From Glycera tridactyla (taxonomy: Eukaryota), in assembly GCA_965644265.1 (NCBI GenBank), contig OZ286466.1, positions 29,698,001 to 29,762,000 of the forward strand: DNA of 64,000 nt. Reading direction: 5' to 3'. The notes beneath the pieces are model-generated. The model was not told the origin of the DNA. It made no database searches and was given only the letters and a program-made list of their open reading frames with translations. A program made the translations under genes and the position numbers. Below are positions 61,988-64,000 of this stretch, one piece after another (positions within the stretch are counted from its first letter, which is position 1; every line of letters begins with the position of its first letter).

Positions 61988-62002
61988 CCCCCCCCCCCCC
62001 CC
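61988..62002. repeat. poly-C run
   Basis: 15 consecutive C. Confidence 0.9.
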
Positions 62003-63504
62003 AGTTTTCCCCCTGGGAGGCCTGGCATCATTTTGTGTAAAAGACCTGCCACAAGTAGGTTGTTTTTTTGTTGTTTTGCAAAAGCGAAATGGAGAGGGAT
62101 TCACACACGTGTAGTGTGACACTGCCTTATCATATTTGCTCATTATTTTTCCTCGAGTGTGAAAGTAAAACATCAAGTTCACCCTCCATTATCACTCGCT
62201 AGAATTGCCATCCAATCAATGGCTCATTTCCTAATGACGAAACCGAACTAGCATGAAAGCGATGGGCGCATTGATCGTGAGAGTCATGACAGCAGCGCAG
62301 AAATCTTCCTGCACTTATGCCAATTGAACTAGGCAAATTTGTCAGAAATATGGATTAATCGTCAGAAGATATCTCAACATATTTCCAAACCCAGCTGTCC
62401 TGATGCTTCCAGCCAGATTGAAGCAATTCCTCAAAGCCAATTTTTTTGTCCAATTTTCCCATTTTATTTTGGTGAAATTTGATGTACAAGGCTCTCTTCT
62501 TTGGGTAACATGATCAAAACTGTTCCTGCTGGTAGGAAGAGCATGTAAACTCGTGAAACCAGATCAGGAGTTCAGAAAGAAGAAAATAACCCTAGTGACC
62601 CACTCATCATTATAATCCTGAAGTAATCCTTCAACTTCAGGTATAACTCAACACAAACACCTCTCAGATCATAGCCTCTGGAGATAAATCCCCTATTTTA
62701 ACCCTGCCAGGAACTCCACTGGGAAAATAAAACCTGAAAACCTGCAGAGAGTGAGATAGTCTTCAGAAAGACACTAAAAATCTTTAACAGCATTACTGTG
62801 GAAAAGATGAGTCAAGGGTTGCAGAGGGAAAGGGGGTTCAAGGTCGTGGATGAAGGGCGACGATTACTGAAATGTGGTTAGGAAAGGGTGTATGCCTGTG
62901 TTGTGTGAGTGAAGAGTGAGTGAGGAGGGGTCCTTTTGTAATGCCTCTGTTGCTATTGAGTAATTATTTCCCACTCAAGCATAGCCGCCATTGTGGTGAG
63001 AGAGAGCAACTCTAGTAACAGTGACCAAAATAGCACCAATATCACCGCCAAGGAGTCAGTAAGTGTACGATACTACAGGAGAGTGAGGGGAGGGAGACTC
63101 TGCCTAAGACTAGGATGGCACCGAGAAGGGCAGAAACAGAGTGATCTTGAGTGAAAAAAAGATCAAATTCTAATTCAATTCAAATTCAAATAAAGATCAT
63201 GCAAGTGCAATTTTGATGGCATCCTCTTCAGAAAATTGGCATGACCAAAAATTCCACTATCCCAATAGAATGCAGAATATCAATCTCGATTGTACAGAGA
63301 AATCGGAATACAACCCAGAACGAAGGCCCACGATGGTGTCCTTTTTCAAGCCACCCAGTCAGTTAACATGGTGCAAATTCAACAATCTCGTACATTTTGT
63401 TCCAATCTGGGATGCACATTAGCTACGGAGGAATTTGTTGACTTGCAAACCTCATATCAAATATAATGACTTCTGTGACTAGACTGGAGCATGGCATGAC
63501 ATGA

Positions 63505-63526
63505 CCCCCCCCCCCCCCCCCCCCCC
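63505..63526. repeat. poly-C run
   Basis: 22 consecutive C. Confidence 0.95.
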
Positions 63527-64000
63527 AACCACCATCCATCAGATTAACTCTGTGCCGATAATTAACCAACCTGACAGAAACAATTACGGAAATGTGTCAG
63601 TGTAGACCACATTCCATGCTAGTAGGCTTCAGGTTCCTCAACTGGCACTATACTATCAGGACTCTCACATTTTCCGAAATGACCGCCATGGCCCAAGAAG
63701 TGGAAATATCATGGGTTATGACTCATAATTAAGAGCCATCTCCTATTCATCAATGTTCAATGAGAATGAGAATACAGGGCCAGCTGGACCATAGTGGGAG
63801 ATATTGATGAATGAGGGCCACGGACACACCAACAATCTGAAGATGTGCTATCCAATGACTCAGTTTTTATGAAATTTCATATCCAATACTTATTTCAAGG
63901 ACCACATTGCATACTTTTCCCAGGTTTCCTAATCTTTTATCGAATCTCAACCTGACACGGTTATGGATGCCTGGTCATCACTGGGCATACATTTATCATC

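Noticed and set aside
1-64000. The ATG-ORF track as protein-coding genes
   Set aside because: All are 165 aa or shorter with no recognisable domain; many are CVCV/HTHT translations of microsatellites or span the N gap. Lengths are as expected by chance.

Overview
This is animal (eukaryotic) nuclear DNA, not a prokaryotic locus, and I find no CRISPR array, rRNA, tRNA or operon. I could not recognise any protein-coding gene. All ORFs in the supplied track are 165 aa or shorter, many are translations of (CA)n/(TG)n or GA-rich tracts, and none shows a domain I recognise. The window reads as a long intron or gene desert. It holds several non-autonomous DNA-transposon families defined by terminal inverted repeats and target-site duplications: pogo/Tigger-like CAGT MITEs, a Tc2/pogo-like CCGTA element, CAGGG hAT-like MITEs and a Helentron/HINE-type element. 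It also holds a dispersed repeat family, many microsatellites, poly-C runs, local tandem duplications and a 177-N assembly gap. Over a CpG-depleted background lie roughly 25-30 CpG-rich patches of 0.2-0.6 kb that look regulatory. The best leads are a pre-miRNA-like hairpin (48372-48435), two related clusters of near-perfect nuclear-receptor elements, a hAT-like MITE with a 5-bp TSD, a possible recursive splice site and several well-flanked micro-exon candidates. All functional readings are unverified inference; I see no convincing new multi-gene system.
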